Positions 51,637-59,714 of a stretch of DNA of 64,000 bases are shown here, piece after piece (position 1 is the first letter of the stretch; each line of letters opens with the position of its first letter). The stretch spans positions 41,149 through 105,148 of the forward strand of contig JBNGCY010000001.1 in assembly GCA_049975505.1 (NCBI GenBank), read 5' to 3'. The position numbers and the translations under genes are program-made. Source of the stretch: Desulfuromonadaceae bacterium. GTDB taxonomy: Bacteria; Desulfobacterota; Desulfuromonadia; Desulfuromonadales; Desulfuromonadaceae. A model generated the notes under the pieces. The model searched no databases. It was not told where the DNA came from and saw only the letters and a program-made list of their open reading frames with translations.

Positions 51637-52200
51637 ATGCGACATATGTTTTCTTCACAATATCACTACTATGAACTTCAGAATCCAGACCGATGGATCC
51701 GACGTCTGGGAATATTTCTCTGCATTCTCGGCGGACTCGCAATCCTCGGGGCCTTTTTTACCACCATGCTTACGGTTATCCTTCTGGGTATCTTTCTGAC
51801 CGGAGCCGGTCTGATCCAACTTGCATTTTCGTTTATGCTCGGATCTTCGAACATCTTCAGGCGTGGTTCCGGGCTCATGTATCTGTTAGTAGGTCTGCTT
51901 ATGCTTATCGCCCCGGTGGGAAGCGCTATCGGTCTGACCCTGGTTTTTACCCTGTTTTTTATTGTAACCGGATTTATCCGCTTGGGATACGCTCTCGCTG
52001 CGCGCAGAACAGGGATACCTTCCGGATGGTATTTCAGTGGTGCCGCTCTCAATCTGGGGCTGGCGTTGCTTGTTCTTCTCGGCCTGCCCGACACCGGCAC
52101 CTGGGTTATCGGCTTATTTATCGGGATGGAATTGCTCTTTGCAGGTTTGAGCATGATATTCTTTACCGCGCGCTTACCAGCGCTAACTGAATGGCGTTAA
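51637..52200 (+). CDS. HdeD/DUF308-like integral membrane protein
   Basis: 187 aa, about 6 TM helices, with the repeated GxxxLxxG pattern typical of DUF308. Confidence 0.6.
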   Translation: MRHMFSSQYHYYELQNPDRWIRRLGIFLCILGGLAILGAFFTTMLTVILLGIFLTGAGLIQLAFSFMLGSSNIFRRGSGLMYLLVGLLMLIAPVGSAIGLTLVFTLFFIVTGFIRLGYALAARRTGIPSGWYFSGAALNLGLALLVLLGLPDTGTWVIGLFIGMELLFAGLSMIFFTARLPALTEWR

Positions 52201-52213
52201 CAGATTCTACAGG

Positions 52214-53332
52214 ATGATACCTATGACCAGACCATCACCGTTACGCTTTACTGTAATTGCTGCCGTGCTCTTGCTCGGCGTTTCCTGGGCCTTTGCCTCC
52301 ACCAGCAGTAATCCTTATGCTGAATTCCCCAACGCGCAGTACATCATCAACGCAAAACAGCTACAACAGCGTATGGACACCGATAAGTCCCTGATCATTG
52401 TGGATGTAAGAAACGATAAATATTTTGATGGCAAGATGATTCCTGGGGCAATCCGCATGCCGTGGTCAATGTTCCGCCAGGATCAATCCGCTACCAATAC
52501 CGGGGGCAATTTCATATGCAGCAATAAAGCCCAGGAGATTCTGGGGGAGCATGGAATTTTCCGGAATGACACCGTTATTCTGTACGATTCGGTTGCGCGC
52601 GACGGAGGAGCTACCGCGTCTTATGTGTTCTGGGTACTTGATTTGCTGGGGCACGAAAAGATGGCGATTCTGGAGCGCGGCATAGATGGCTGGATAGATG
52701 CCGGCGGCGAAGTGGTCAACTCCCCGGCTCAGCGGGAGGCACTGCTCTATCAGGCTCCGGCCAAAGAGATTGACACGCGCAAAATGGCTGATGACACCTT
52801 TATCAGCAGGCGCCTGGGAGATCCGTACTACCAGATTCTCGATGTGCGTTCCCGGGAGGAATACCTGGGCCAGGCCCTCAATGAGGGGCTAGATGGTACC
52901 CCTCTCAAGGGCGGACATATCCCTGGGGCGGTTAACATCAACTACAAAGACAACTGGACTGACAAGGAGAGCAAGGGGATCAAAAGTTATGCCGAACTTG
53001 CTGAACTCTACCGCGGTCTGGACCCGAATATCGGAGTTATCACCTACTGCCATTCAGCCAGACGCAGTTCCTTCACCTACTACATCCTGCGCCTGATGGG
53101 ATTCAGGGATGTCATTCTTTACGATAACTCCTGGTACAGCTGGGGACGACCCGAAGCATTCTTCCCCGTAGAGACCAGAGCTCAGTTACTCCCCGGGCAG
53201 AGTTTACCCACAGTGGAGCAGAAAACTGAATCGCCCAAAGGGGCAACAGAAGCAGTACCGCCGGAGCCACAGGCAAAAACACAGGAACCATCTGACGGCG
53301 GCGGCAAAAAATATATCTCATGCGGAGGCTAA
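52214..53332 (+). CDS. secreted tandem-rhodanese sulfurtransferase
   Basis: Signal peptide (LLLGVSWAFAS). The N-terminal rhodanese domain lacks the active-site Cys. The C-terminal domain has the active-site loop YCHSARRSS. A low-complexity C-terminal tail follows. Confidence 0.85.
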   Translation: MIPMTRPSPLRFTVIAAVLLLGVSWAFASTSSNPYAEFPNAQYIINAKQLQQRMDTDKSLIIVDVRNDKYFDGKMIPGAIRMPWSMFRQDQSATNTGGNFICSNKAQEILGEHGIFRNDTVILYDSVARDGGATASYVFWVLDLLGHEKMAILERGIDGWIDAGGEVVNSPAQREALLYQAPAKEIDTRKMADDTFISRRLGDPYYQILDVRSREEYLGQALNEGLDGTPLKGGHIPGAVNINYKDNWTDKESKGIKSYAELAELYRGLDPNIGVITYCHSARRSSFTYYILRLMGFRDVILYDNSWYSWGRPEAFFPVETRAQLLPGQSLPTVEQKTESPKGATEAVPPEPQAKTQEPSDGGGKKYISCGG

Positions 53333-53334
53333 GT

Positions 53335-53847
53335 ATGAAAAAACCGGGTAACGCTCCATACTGGCCTATCCTCCCGAGTGCATTTGCTCTGGCAGGGATC
53401 ATGGTGTTTATTTTTGCCAGCTTCGGTCCGCCGGCATCTTCAAGTGGATTTGTAACCACCATGAAAGGTTTCTTTCTCGAGTTCGCTCCTGAGTATGTTT
53501 CGAACAAAGCCCACTATCGCAGCATGCCCGGTCCCGGATCATGGCTGATGGCTTTTGTTCTGGGTATGGCGATTGGAGGCTTTATCGCTGGACGCACGTT
53601 CAGACAGCAAATAAGCGATATCCCCGCTATCTGGATGGAGCGTTTCGGTAAAAGCCCGATAAAACGCTACACGGTGTGCTTTGTGGGCGGATTCCTTATT
53701 CTGTTCGGTGCGCGCCTCGCGGGAGGTTGTACCCTCGGATTGTTCCTGTCTGGCTCAACCCAACTAGCCTTGAGTGGCATTTACTTCGGAATGGTAATCT
53801 TCAGTGTAGCCATGCTGACAGCGCATCTGCTGTTCAAGAATAAATAA
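53335..53847 (+). CDS. YeeE/YedE family sulfur-compound transporter component
   Basis: 170 aa from ATG 53335 (GGAGG RBS overlapping the rhodanese stop). GARLAGGCTLG motif. Confidence 0.85.
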   Translation: MKKPGNAPYWPILPSAFALAGIMVFIFASFGPPASSSGFVTTMKGFFLEFAPEYVSNKAHYRSMPGPGSWLMAFVLGMAIGGFIAGRTFRQQISDIPAIWMERFGKSPIKRYTVCFVGGFLILFGARLAGGCTLGLFLSGSTQLALSGIYFGMVIFSVAMLTAHLLFKNK

Positions 53848-53858
53848 AAGGATCAAAC

Positions 53859-54401
53859 ATGACAGAGATATGGATCGGTCTGATATCAGGAATCGCATTT
53901 GGCTTTGTGATTCAACGCGTAGGAGCAACCAACCCGCAGAAGATGTTTCTGGCCCACCTGATGCGTGAGCGTTACATACCCCAATTCATGCTGTTGGTGG
54001 TTATCTTCTCAGCTATAGGGCTCTTTGCCCTTGAAGCTTCGGGAGGAGGCACTACCAGACCGCTGCCCACCAGCATTGTCGCCACGGGGCTTGGAGGCAT
54101 TATTTTCGGTATCGGCTGGGGACTGTCCGGGTACTGTCCCGGTACCTGCTGGGCAGCAGTGGGCGAAGGGCGCATGGACGCGGTGTTCACCCTTTTGGGT
54201 GGTTTGGTCGGTACCGCAGTCTTTGCCCATCTGCACGAAGCTCTTATCCCGGCACTCTACATGCCCACCAATATCGGGCAGATAACTTTAACCGATATCC
54301 TGGGTAGCCGGGGCGTAGCTGTGGGAGTTCTGAGTGTATTTTTTGGTCTCGGTATTTTGCTGATCGGCAAACTGTGGAGAAGCAATGATGATCAGATGTA
54401 G
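53859..54401 (+). CDS. YeeE/YedE family sulfur-compound transporter component (second half-transporter)
   Basis: 180 aa. GWGLSGYCPGTC motif. Paired with the preceding gene, as is usual for split YeeE/YedE. Confidence 0.85.
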   Translation: MTEIWIGLISGIAFGFVIQRVGATNPQKMFLAHLMRERYIPQFMLLVVIFSAIGLFALEASGGGTTRPLPTSIVATGLGGIIFGIGWGLSGYCPGTCWAAVGEGRMDAVFTLLGGLVGTAVFAHLHEALIPALYMPTNIGQITLTDILGSRGVAVGVLSVFFGLGILLIGKLWRSNDDQM

Positions 54402-54996
54402 ACACTCGCTCTGCACCTGGCTGACGCCCTGTGCATGTTTTGTGAGCCTAATTTTGCTTACATCACCTTTGTTTGCAAAAGTAGATATTCCACGTGGTTA
54501 CTATGCACAACTTGAGATAACACATCAGGGTCAAATCCTTAATTTCGGACCTTTTGTAGGTTACTATTTCAAGCCTGTATCAGGTGCAGATACCAGCCAT
54601 CTCGAATTCATGTGCTTCAACACGGATCAATTCTACACCGATGATCTCCCCGGGGAAGCCCTTTTGTTCAGGGGAGAAGCACAGCTCACTACCCTCCCCG
54701 ATGTGCGCCCTATCCCGCGCTCCGATCAGCGCATTACTCCGGTATTTGCCCCGGATGCCCCAGCGGAATGGCTGGCAACGCGCCCGGCACCGCAGAACGA
54801 ATTCATCCACTTCCATTCCACCTATGATCACGGCGGAGCGACCTATACCGGCTACTGGCTGCGCCATGATCCGGTGAGAAAATTCACCTATAATATGGGG
54901 GGGCGCCTGAGCGAGGACAGCCCCCTGTATCACGAAGTTGAGCCCGGAAGTTCGCCTGATTTCCCGGCTATCATTGAGTTTGATCGTGGGAATTGA
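54385..54996 (+). CDS. hypothetical secreted protein (no family recognised)
   Basis: 203 aa. N-terminal signal-like hydrophobic segment ending in PLFAKVD. 17-nt overlap with the upstream YeeE/YedE gene suggests translational coupling. Confidence 0.5.
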   Translation: MMIRCRHSLCTWLTPCACFVSLILLTSPLFAKVDIPRGYYAQLEITHQGQILNFGPFVGYYFKPVSGADTSHLEFMCFNTDQFYTDDLPGEALLFRGEAQLTTLPDVRPIPRSDQRITPVFAPDAPAEWLATRPAPQNEFIHFHSTYDHGGATYTGYWLRHDPVRKFTYNMGGRLSEDSPLYHEVEPGSSPDFPAIIEFDRGN

Positions 54997-55072
54997 AGTT
55001 GAGAAAATGGAGACAGAGCTCTCAAAACTTCTTCTCTCCGGGTAAAATCCAACAGTTAAGTGTATAATTTTC

Positions 55073-55217
55073 GTAACTATTCACCACCACTACCGGTGAG
55101 GGCTTGTGGTACCCATGGAAAGGGCGTCTGTCGCCACGGACGGCGACAGTCGAACGGCCATGGATGGCACAAAGTATCCCTTGAAATGGGTGCCACAAGA
55201 CCGTACTGAACAGTTAC
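55073..55217 (+). mobile_element. MITE-like repeat, copy 7 (145-bp short form)
   Basis: Perfect 8-bp direct repeat TAATTTTC at 55065-55072 and 55218-55225. Lies between convergent genes. Confidence 0.88.
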
Positions 55218-55223
55218 TAATTT

Positions 55224-55502
55224 TCAAGCGTCCGTAGCCAGCTCCAACAAAGTTTGCAGATCAGCAATCTCCGCACCTTTGTACAGATGTTTATATCCCC
55301 CTGCATCGGGGCAGTATCTGCGCACAACCTCCAGCCAATCGTCTTCAGATGGGGTAACCCCTTTCGCATGCAGCGCCTGGATATCCTGTTTTATTTTTTC
55401 CAGCTGAGTCGAGCTGGGTTCTGTTGTCGCGGTACCAAACCTTATTTTAATCTTCTCAGCCAATTCAAAATCTTTACTATCCATTATTCTCTCCTTTTTC
55501 AT
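55224..55502 (-). CDS. hypothetical 92-aa protein
   Basis: ORF 46 nt downstream of the DRTGG gene on the same strand. No motif recognised. Coding status unverified. Confidence 0.4.
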   Translation of the reverse strand: MKKERIMDSKDFELAEKIKIRFGTATTEPSSTQLEKIKQDIQALHAKGVTPSEDDWLEVVRRYCPDAGGYKHLYKGAEIADLQTLLELATDA

Positions 55503-55548
55503 CTAAGCAAATCAGCATGTTACAAATCAGAACCAATGCTTTATTCTG

Positions 55549-56646
55549 CTAAAAGAGTAACTGCTCAACTGCTTCAAAATCAAAGCGTTTTTCAGCCAGT
55601 TCGTAGATCAGAGCGAGTTTTTCTGTATCTTCATGGGTGATTTTGGAAACGTCAGAAGTAATTTGCAGATACAGATCGGAAGTGCTGCGCTCCATAATCC
55701 GCATATAGGGGATATTACTGTTATCGATAATCTCCTGAGTAGTTTTACCCACCGGCTGTTTACCCGGAATAAGCAGCCCGGCAATTTTACCCCGATGTTC
55801 AGGCATCTGATACATTACGCTTAGGGTTACCAACAGTTCATCCCGGCTGCTGGTGACAATTGCCAGGGTCGAATCCTCGAGGAGTTCGGTTACCCTCTGC
55901 GTAGATGCCGCTCCTACCTGAACATTATGTACGATCCTGTCCGTTGAGTCCTGATCCCCATGGATATCGAGATCGAGAATCTTTGCGATCCGGCGCATGG
56001 TGGGATTCGCCAATATGGGCTGGTAGTTAAACCCGCCTAAAACCTTAAAGGGGTGCTTTATGAAGCCGCGCTGGAGTAAATCCAGCACCATTTCGCGCTT
56101 GTCGGGAACTATTTTATTGACCAGCAGAGCACGTATATTTATCTGCTCCTGCTCAAACATGGCAAGATTCAGATGCACGGTGTCAATAACGTTGCCGATT
56201 CCTCCGCCGGAGACCATAAGCACCGGGGCATCCAGCATTTTAGCCATTTTGGCGTTGGACATTCCGAGTACAGATCCTACCCCGCAGTGCCCCGCCCCTT
56301 CAATAATGAGGAAATCGCATTCCTCCTCCAGTTGTGCACATGCGTCGCAAATCTGTTTCTGCATACAAGTCACATCAAGCTCATTGCGCAACACCTTTTG
56401 GGTATCTCCAGGTTGCAGAACCAGAGGTGACATCTGCCTGATCCTTTCCTCATGCCCAAGGATCTGGGCCATAAGAGCAGCGTCTTTATCCGCCGGAATT
56501 CCATTCAGAAGTACAGGCTTGGGACCCAGAGGTTTGATAAAGCCTACGCGGGCATACTTTTTACGTGCCAGATGCAGCAGGGAAAGGCTGACAGTGGTTT
56601 TTCCGCAGTGTTGTCCCGTAGCTGCAATAAAAATTTTCCGTGCCAT
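55549..56646 (-). CDS. phosphotransacetylase N-terminal-like protein (BioD/CobQ-type P-loop domain + DRTGG domain)
   Basis: 365 aa. IFIAATGQHCGKTTVSLSL P-loop. The C-terminal half resembles DRTGG domains. No PTA catalytic domain is present. Confidence 0.65.
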   Translation of the reverse strand: MARKIFIAATGQHCGKTTVSLSLLHLARKKYARVGFIKPLGPKPVLLNGIPADKDAALMAQILGHEERIRQMSPLVLQPGDTQKVLRNELDVTCMQKQICDACAQLEEECDFLIIEGAGHCGVGSVLGMSNAKMAKMLDAPVLMVSGGGIGNVIDTVHLNLAMFEQEQINIRALLVNKIVPDKREMVLDLLQRGFIKHPFKVLGGFNYQPILANPTMRRIAKILDLDIHGDQDSTDRIVHNVQVGAASTQRVTELLEDSTLAIVTSSRDELLVTLSVMYQMPEHRGKIAGLLIPGKQPVGKTTQEIIDNSNIPYMRIMERSTSDLYLQITSDVSKITHEDTEKLALIYELAEKRFDFEAVEQLLF

Positions 56647-56849
56647 AATTCATCATCCTCTCCATCCATCCAGGAAAATACACATCTCAATAAATTTAAA
56701 AAAGGCGCACGCCTCAAGTATTGAACACAATCGCAGGAATGTCTACCCAGACGCGCTTAAATTAGTTCGACCCAAAGCATGCTGATATATTGGAGACACA
56801 CAACATGCTATGCTTACAAGAAATGACTTTCAATCTGAAGGAGAAGCTT

Positions 56850-57611
56850 ATGCCCAACATAACCATGCTTACCATCAACAGAGACAATTACTCCTACATT
56901 CTTAAGCTTGATGGTGTCACCATCGCCATCGATCCGGGAGAGGCGCAGCCGGTGCTCGATTTCATAGATAAGGAAACATGTAATTTAGATTTGATCCTCA
57001 ACACCCACATGCATCAGGATCACTGCGGGGGGAATTTAAGCTTAAAACAGGCTACGGGATGTAAGATCATGGGCTGTGATATGCGCATTCCAGGAATAGA
57101 TGCCATCTCTGCTCACGGAGAAGAGCTGCCGGAGACGGGGGAAAAGCTTCAGGTTCTGTCTACCCCCGGGCATACCCTGAAGGATTGTTGCTACTACCTC
57201 CCCCCTGAGGGTGAACACCCTGGAGCCTTGTTTTCCGGCGACACCCTGTTTTCCGGCGGCTGCGGGCGCGTTTTCGAGGGGACAATTGAGCAGCTGTTTC
57301 AATCCCTGCAAATCCTTGCAGATCTACCTCCTGACACTCTGCTCTACTGCGGACATGAGTACACCCTGGACAACTACCGTTTTGCCGAACACATCGAGCC
57401 GGATTCAGTCGCAGTTCGAAATAAGCGCCACCAGGTGGAACGGTTGCGCAAAAAAGGGGAACCCACCCTGCCTGTTTCCCTGGCCGAAGAGCTGGAGACC
57501 AACCCTTTTCTGCGCCCTCAGGATCCCGCATTGCGTCAGGCACTGCACATGGATGATGCCGGTGAACTGGAGGTGTTTACCGAGTTGCGCAAGCGCAAGA
57601 ATCGGTTCTAA
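56850..57611 (+). CDS. gloB: hydroxyacylglutathione hydrolase (MBL fold)
   Basis: 253 aa from ATG 56850 (AAGGAG RBS). NTHMHQDHCGGN metal motif and a C-terminal NPFLR. Confidence 0.85.
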   Translation: MPNITMLTINRDNYSYILKLDGVTIAIDPGEAQPVLDFIDKETCNLDLILNTHMHQDHCGGNLSLKQATGCKIMGCDMRIPGIDAISAHGEELPETGEKLQVLSTPGHTLKDCCYYLPPEGEHPGALFSGDTLFSGGCGRVFEGTIEQLFQSLQILADLPPDTLLYCGHEYTLDNYRFAEHIEPDSVAVRNKRHQVERLRKKGEPTLPVSLAEELETNPFLRPQDPALRQALHMDDAGELEVFTELRKRKNRF

Positions 57612-57661
57612 GCAGAATCTGATTTATCCCCTGTGACATGCCGACGCTAGAGGTCAGATCG

Positions 57662-58906
57662 CTATTCCCCAGTGTTAGCGGTACGCATGCCGCGGATGCG
57701 CTGGTACAGACTGGGATGGGAATAGTGAAAAAACACATACGCCGGATGCGGGGTCAGATTGCTTAAGTGATTGACAGACAATTTCTTCAGCGCATTTATC
57801 AAATCTTCTGCATTGTGGTGGCGCACGGCAAAAGCGTCTGCCGCATATTCGTTGCGACGCGACCACATGTGCATGAGCACTCCGCTCAGAAGGGAAACCG
57901 GGCTATACAGCAGGGCAAAGGCCACCAGACCTACATGGAACACGGCCTGCTCCACCCCGAGAGAGCGCGAAAACACCGCATATTCCAGAAACAACGAGAG
58001 GAGAAAAAAGATAACTCCACTCTGAATAATCGACAGCACCAGCGCCTGCTGAGTATGTTTCTTCTTGAAGTGACCGATCTCATGCGCCAATACCGCAACA
58101 ACCTCCTGCGGGGTCAAATCCTCTACCAGGGTATCAAACAGAACGATACGCTTTTTCGCGCCGAGTCCGGTAAAATACGCATTGGCTTTGGTAGAACGCT
58201 TCGAACCATCAAGCACATAGATATCCCTGACCGGGAAATCCACCTTGGCCGCAAAGGCCTCAATCGCACCCTTAAGATCCCCATCCTCAAGGCGGGTCTG
58301 CTTATTGAACAGCGGCACTATAAGGGTTGAGTAAAACAGGGTAAAAAACAGGCTGAAAGCGGTTACACTCAACCACGCATATATCCAGAACATCTCTCTG
58401 GTCTGATAGTAGAACCAGGCTATTCCCGCCAGCACCACGCCACCAATCAGGGCGCCGAGTACCCATCCCTTGAGTTTGTCGGTCACAAACGTACGCACGT
58501 TCATAGTATTAAAGCCAAAGCGCTGCTCTATTACAAAGGTGTGGTACAGATCAAAAGGAATACTGATAACATCCTGAGCCAGAAACAGGATGCCGAAAAA
58601 AATCAGGGCCTGGACAATGCCGTTAGCAGATATCTGGGCTGTCAGCTGGTGTAACCATGCAAAACCATCGCACAGCAGAAAACCCAGCAGGAGCATAAGA
58701 CTGAACGTGGAGGTTATAAAGCCGAACCGTGCAGTAGCTTTCTGATACTCCTGTTGTTGGCGATACCTGTCCGCATCATAAAGCCCCTGCAGCTCGGCAG
58801 GAGGTTCATGTCCCATCCAGCGCGCGTTCAAACCTTCCAGAACCCGCTCCAGCACGTAATCCACCAGCAGAAAGACAATAATAAGATTTAAGACCACTGT
58901 TTCCAT
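57662..58906 (-). CDS. M48 family (Ste24/HtpX-like) zinc metalloprotease
   Basis: 414 aa, multi-TM. HEIGHFKKKH HExxH motif. Confidence 0.88.
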   Translation of the reverse strand: METVVLNLIIVFLLVDYVLERVLEGLNARWMGHEPPAELQGLYDADRYRQQQEYQKATARFGFITSTFSLMLLLGFLLCDGFAWLHQLTAQISANGIVQALIFFGILFLAQDVISIPFDLYHTFVIEQRFGFNTMNVRTFVTDKLKGWVLGALIGGVVLAGIAWFYYQTREMFWIYAWLSVTAFSLFFTLFYSTLIVPLFNKQTRLEDGDLKGAIEAFAAKVDFPVRDIYVLDGSKRSTKANAYFTGLGAKKRIVLFDTLVEDLTPQEVVAVLAHEIGHFKKKHTQQALVLSIIQSGVIFFLLSLFLEYAVFSRSLGVEQAVFHVGLVAFALLYSPVSLLSGVLMHMWSRRNEYAADAFAVRHHNAEDLINALKKLSVNHLSNLTPHPAYVFFHYSHPSLYQRIRGMRTANTGE

Positions 58907-58968
58907 ATGGATAGGGGTTGTAGCAGATTGATCTTAAAACGCAACCGGAAATAACTGCGTAGAGAGTT

Positions 58969-59409
58969 TTAATGGTTGAAAACGCGGCGCACCAGAGGAT
59001 AAACCTTGCACGCCACGCAGAAGCGGAATATCGCCTCAAGTGAGGCAAACAGCGCAAGCACGGAGGCCAGAATCAAGGCCAGGCTGCACCACTGCATTAT
59101 CCATGCAACGGTAATGCAGGCCGCAAATACAAACCCGGTTCGAGCGGCAAAAATCTTCGGCCCAGCATTTGTCATGCGCGCTTCGATCCGGATGCGCCGC
59201 AAAAGCAACTCTGCCATTATGTTGAACAGGCTGTAGGCAGGACTGAGAAATCCGCGCACGAAAAAATCCAACGTCAACAGAACAATAATCCACTTGGCCG
59301 GGGTCAGGATAAAGGCCAGCATCCCGACAACGGTAAATAAAGCATTTACCTGAACCACTCTCTCGTTAACCTGATGACAGGATATAGGACAAACCTGAGA
59401 CATTTGCAT
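58969..59409 (-). CDS. small integral membrane protein (DUF4395-like)
   Basis: 146 aa, about 4 TM helices. The family call is from memory only. Confidence 0.5.
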   Translation of the reverse strand: MQMSQVCPISCHQVNERVVQVNALFTVVGMLAFILTPAKWIIVLLTLDFFVRGFLSPAYSLFNIMAELLLRRIRIEARMTNAGPKIFAARTGFVFAACITVAWIMQWCSLALILASVLALFASLEAIFRFCVACKVYPLVRRVFNH

Positions 59410-59597
59410 ATTCTCCTCTATATAAATTTTCTACTTCGGAAATTCATCCAATTTTCAATATATGCAATAATACATATCTACGGATTCCATGTCCAGAATA
59501 TTTTTCCGCCCTGATATATCAAATCTACACCTTTTGTGTCTCGCATTTTTGTGCCCGGCATTGCATGTATTCCTTAACATGTTAGTCTGATTAGAAA

Positions 59598-59677
59598 GTA
59601 ACTGTTAAGTAGGGGTCGTGTAGCGCCCATGCTAATGGGTGGCATAAGGCCCACAGGTTGTGGTGATGAATAGCTAC
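59598..59677 (-). mobile_element. internally deleted, diverged derivative of the MITE-like repeat (80 bp)
   Basis: Retains both termini (GTAACTGTTAAG ... GATGAATAGCTAC) and parts of both arms, joined at CCCAT-GCTA-ATGGG. Flanking repeat ATTAGAAA / ATTAGAAT (7 of 8 match). Confidence 0.55.
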
Positions 59678-59714
59678 ATTAGAATTAACATTTAAACAGG
59701 GAGGAATCCGTTTT

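Noticed and set aside
53309-53332. The rhodanese C-terminus ends in ...KKYISCGG, reminiscent of GG-ending sulfur carriers
   Set aside because: The final codons overlap the GGAGG RBS of the next gene, which explains the sequence. A Cys-Gly-Gly end is not a ThiS/MoaD fold signature.
55050-55060. CAACAGTTAA 12 nt upstream of copy 7, resembling the repeat terminus GAACAGTTAC (a possible solo terminus)
   Set aside because: The similarity covers only about 9 nt with no adjacent arm sequence, which is compatible with chance.
59610-59665. A tRNA-like start GGGGTCGTGTAGCGCC upstream of korA
   Set aside because: There is no T-loop (GGTTCGAATCC-type) or acceptor-stem complement. The sequence is explained as the diverged arm of the deleted repeat copy.
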